Assembly: GCA_963827685.1 (NCBI GenBank)
Contig: CAWHBU010000004.1
Coordinates: forward strand, 320,001 to 384,000
Length of the DNA stretch: 64,000 nt
Source: an uncultured delta proteobacterium
GTDB taxonomy: Bacteria > Desulfobacterota > BSN033 > UBA1163
Direction of reading: 5' to 3'
The stretch's first letter is position 1, and every line of letters begins with the position of its first letter. Positions 63,154 through 64,000 of the stretch are shown here, one piece after another. Under the pieces are notes generated by a model, which was not told the origin of the DNA, did no database searches, and saw nothing but the letters and a program-made list of their open reading frames with translations. The position numbers were made by a program, and so were the translations under genes.

Positions 63154-64000
63154 ATGGGAAAATGGATGACCGGATTGATTTCTGTCCTCCTGGTTCTCTT
63201 ATTCTTGTCTCAAGGTTGCAGCCAGGAGAAACTTCTGAATCCCGGGGAACTCTATGATTCGTCCATGGCTCTCCATGATCAAGGGAAATATGGAGAGGCC
63301 ATTCAAGGTTTTTCAAACATCGTCCAATCTGCTCCAGTCAGCAAATTGGCCTCCTACTCCCAATATATGATCGGTCTCTGCTATCTCAAAATGGGAAAAT
63401 ATGAAGAAGCCATCAAGCAATTGGAACTCTATTTAAAAAACTATCCAGAAGGTGACCGTGTGAGCGAAGCGGGAAAAGGGATGCACATTGCAAAGGAACA
63501 GTTGAGAGAGAAGCCCCCTTCGGCGTTTACCGTTTCTGAATCTGTCGTGAAACGAGCCCTTCCTGATATCAAGAGAGCGAAGAGACGTATATGTGTTCAG
63601 GTGTCCTATCTTGAAGGAAAGAATCTTGAGGAAGTGGAGAAGCGGGTGAAGGAGTTGAAAAATGCCGGTGTTAATACGATGATCTTCAGAGTCTTCCAGA
63701 ATAAAGGGGATCGAATATATAAATTTGTTACGGCCCACCATGAGGAGGGGGTTTATTTCAAAACAGAAAATGCTCCGGTCGTCGATGATGTCTTGGAAAA
63801 AGTTGCGGAAATGGTTCACCGCAACGGCCTTGAAATCTTTGCCTGGATGACCACGCGCTATGCCAACTACGGGTTAGAAGGACATCCTGGATATCGGTGC
63901 AAGAGATATAATTTTGAGACAAAACAAATGGAGGAAGCGAGAGGTTTCAATCTCTTTCACCCTGATGTCCTGAAACGCCTTGAGGGGCTTTTCCGAGACC
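63154..64000 (+). CDS. Lipoprotein with TPR region and PgaB-C-terminal-like glycoside hydrolase domain, partial
   Basis: Manual translation: lipobox SQGC; SQYMIGLCYLKMGKYEEAI; GVNTMIFRVF, VYFKT, GLEIFAWM; runs off the window. Confidence 0.7.
   Translation, partial: MGKWMTGLISVLLVLLFLSQGCSQEKLLNPGELYDSSMALHDQGKYGEAIQGFSNIVQSAPVSKLASYSQYMIGLCYLKMGKYEEAIKQLELYLKNYPEGDRVSEAGKGMHIAKEQLREKPPSAFTVSESVVKRALPDIKRAKRRICVQVSYLEGKNLEEVEKRVKELKNAGVNTMIFRVFQNKGDRIYKFVTAHHEEGVYFKTENAPVVDDVLEKVAEMVHRNGLEIFAWMTTRYANYGLEGHPGYRCKRYNFETKQMEEARGFNLFHPDVLKRLEGLFRD

Overview
64-kb bacterial chromosomal segment whose gene content and order resemble anaerobic Deltaproteobacteria/Desulfobacterota (inference, not a database result). 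Housekeeping genes: glmU-glmS, pcrA/uvrD, gcvH-lipB-lipA, rsmG-parA-parB-bactofilin followed by a complete atpIBEFHAGDC operon, radA, and exbB-exbD-tonB. Accessory blocks: a TetR/ABC/oxidoreductase/carboxyltransferase catabolic cluster; an AT-rich epimerase-fabF-7TM histidine kinase operon (candidate signal-synthase/receptor pair); an integrase-less integron cassette array with intact and collapsed attC sites; an AT-rich co-oriented gene run with shared junction motifs and a promoter-terminator small-RNA unit; an OFA-family transporter followed by a GcvT-SHMT fusion. Signals the ORF track misses include a 37-aa membrane ORF between atpE and atpF, a MITE inserted into the loop of a REP-like hairpin, nested palindromic repeats, about seven intergenic arrays of 7/8-mer repeats (mostly inverted pairs), and two 1-bp frameshifts. 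I saw no rRNA, tRNA or CRISPR array. All functional calls come from motif recognition by eye.
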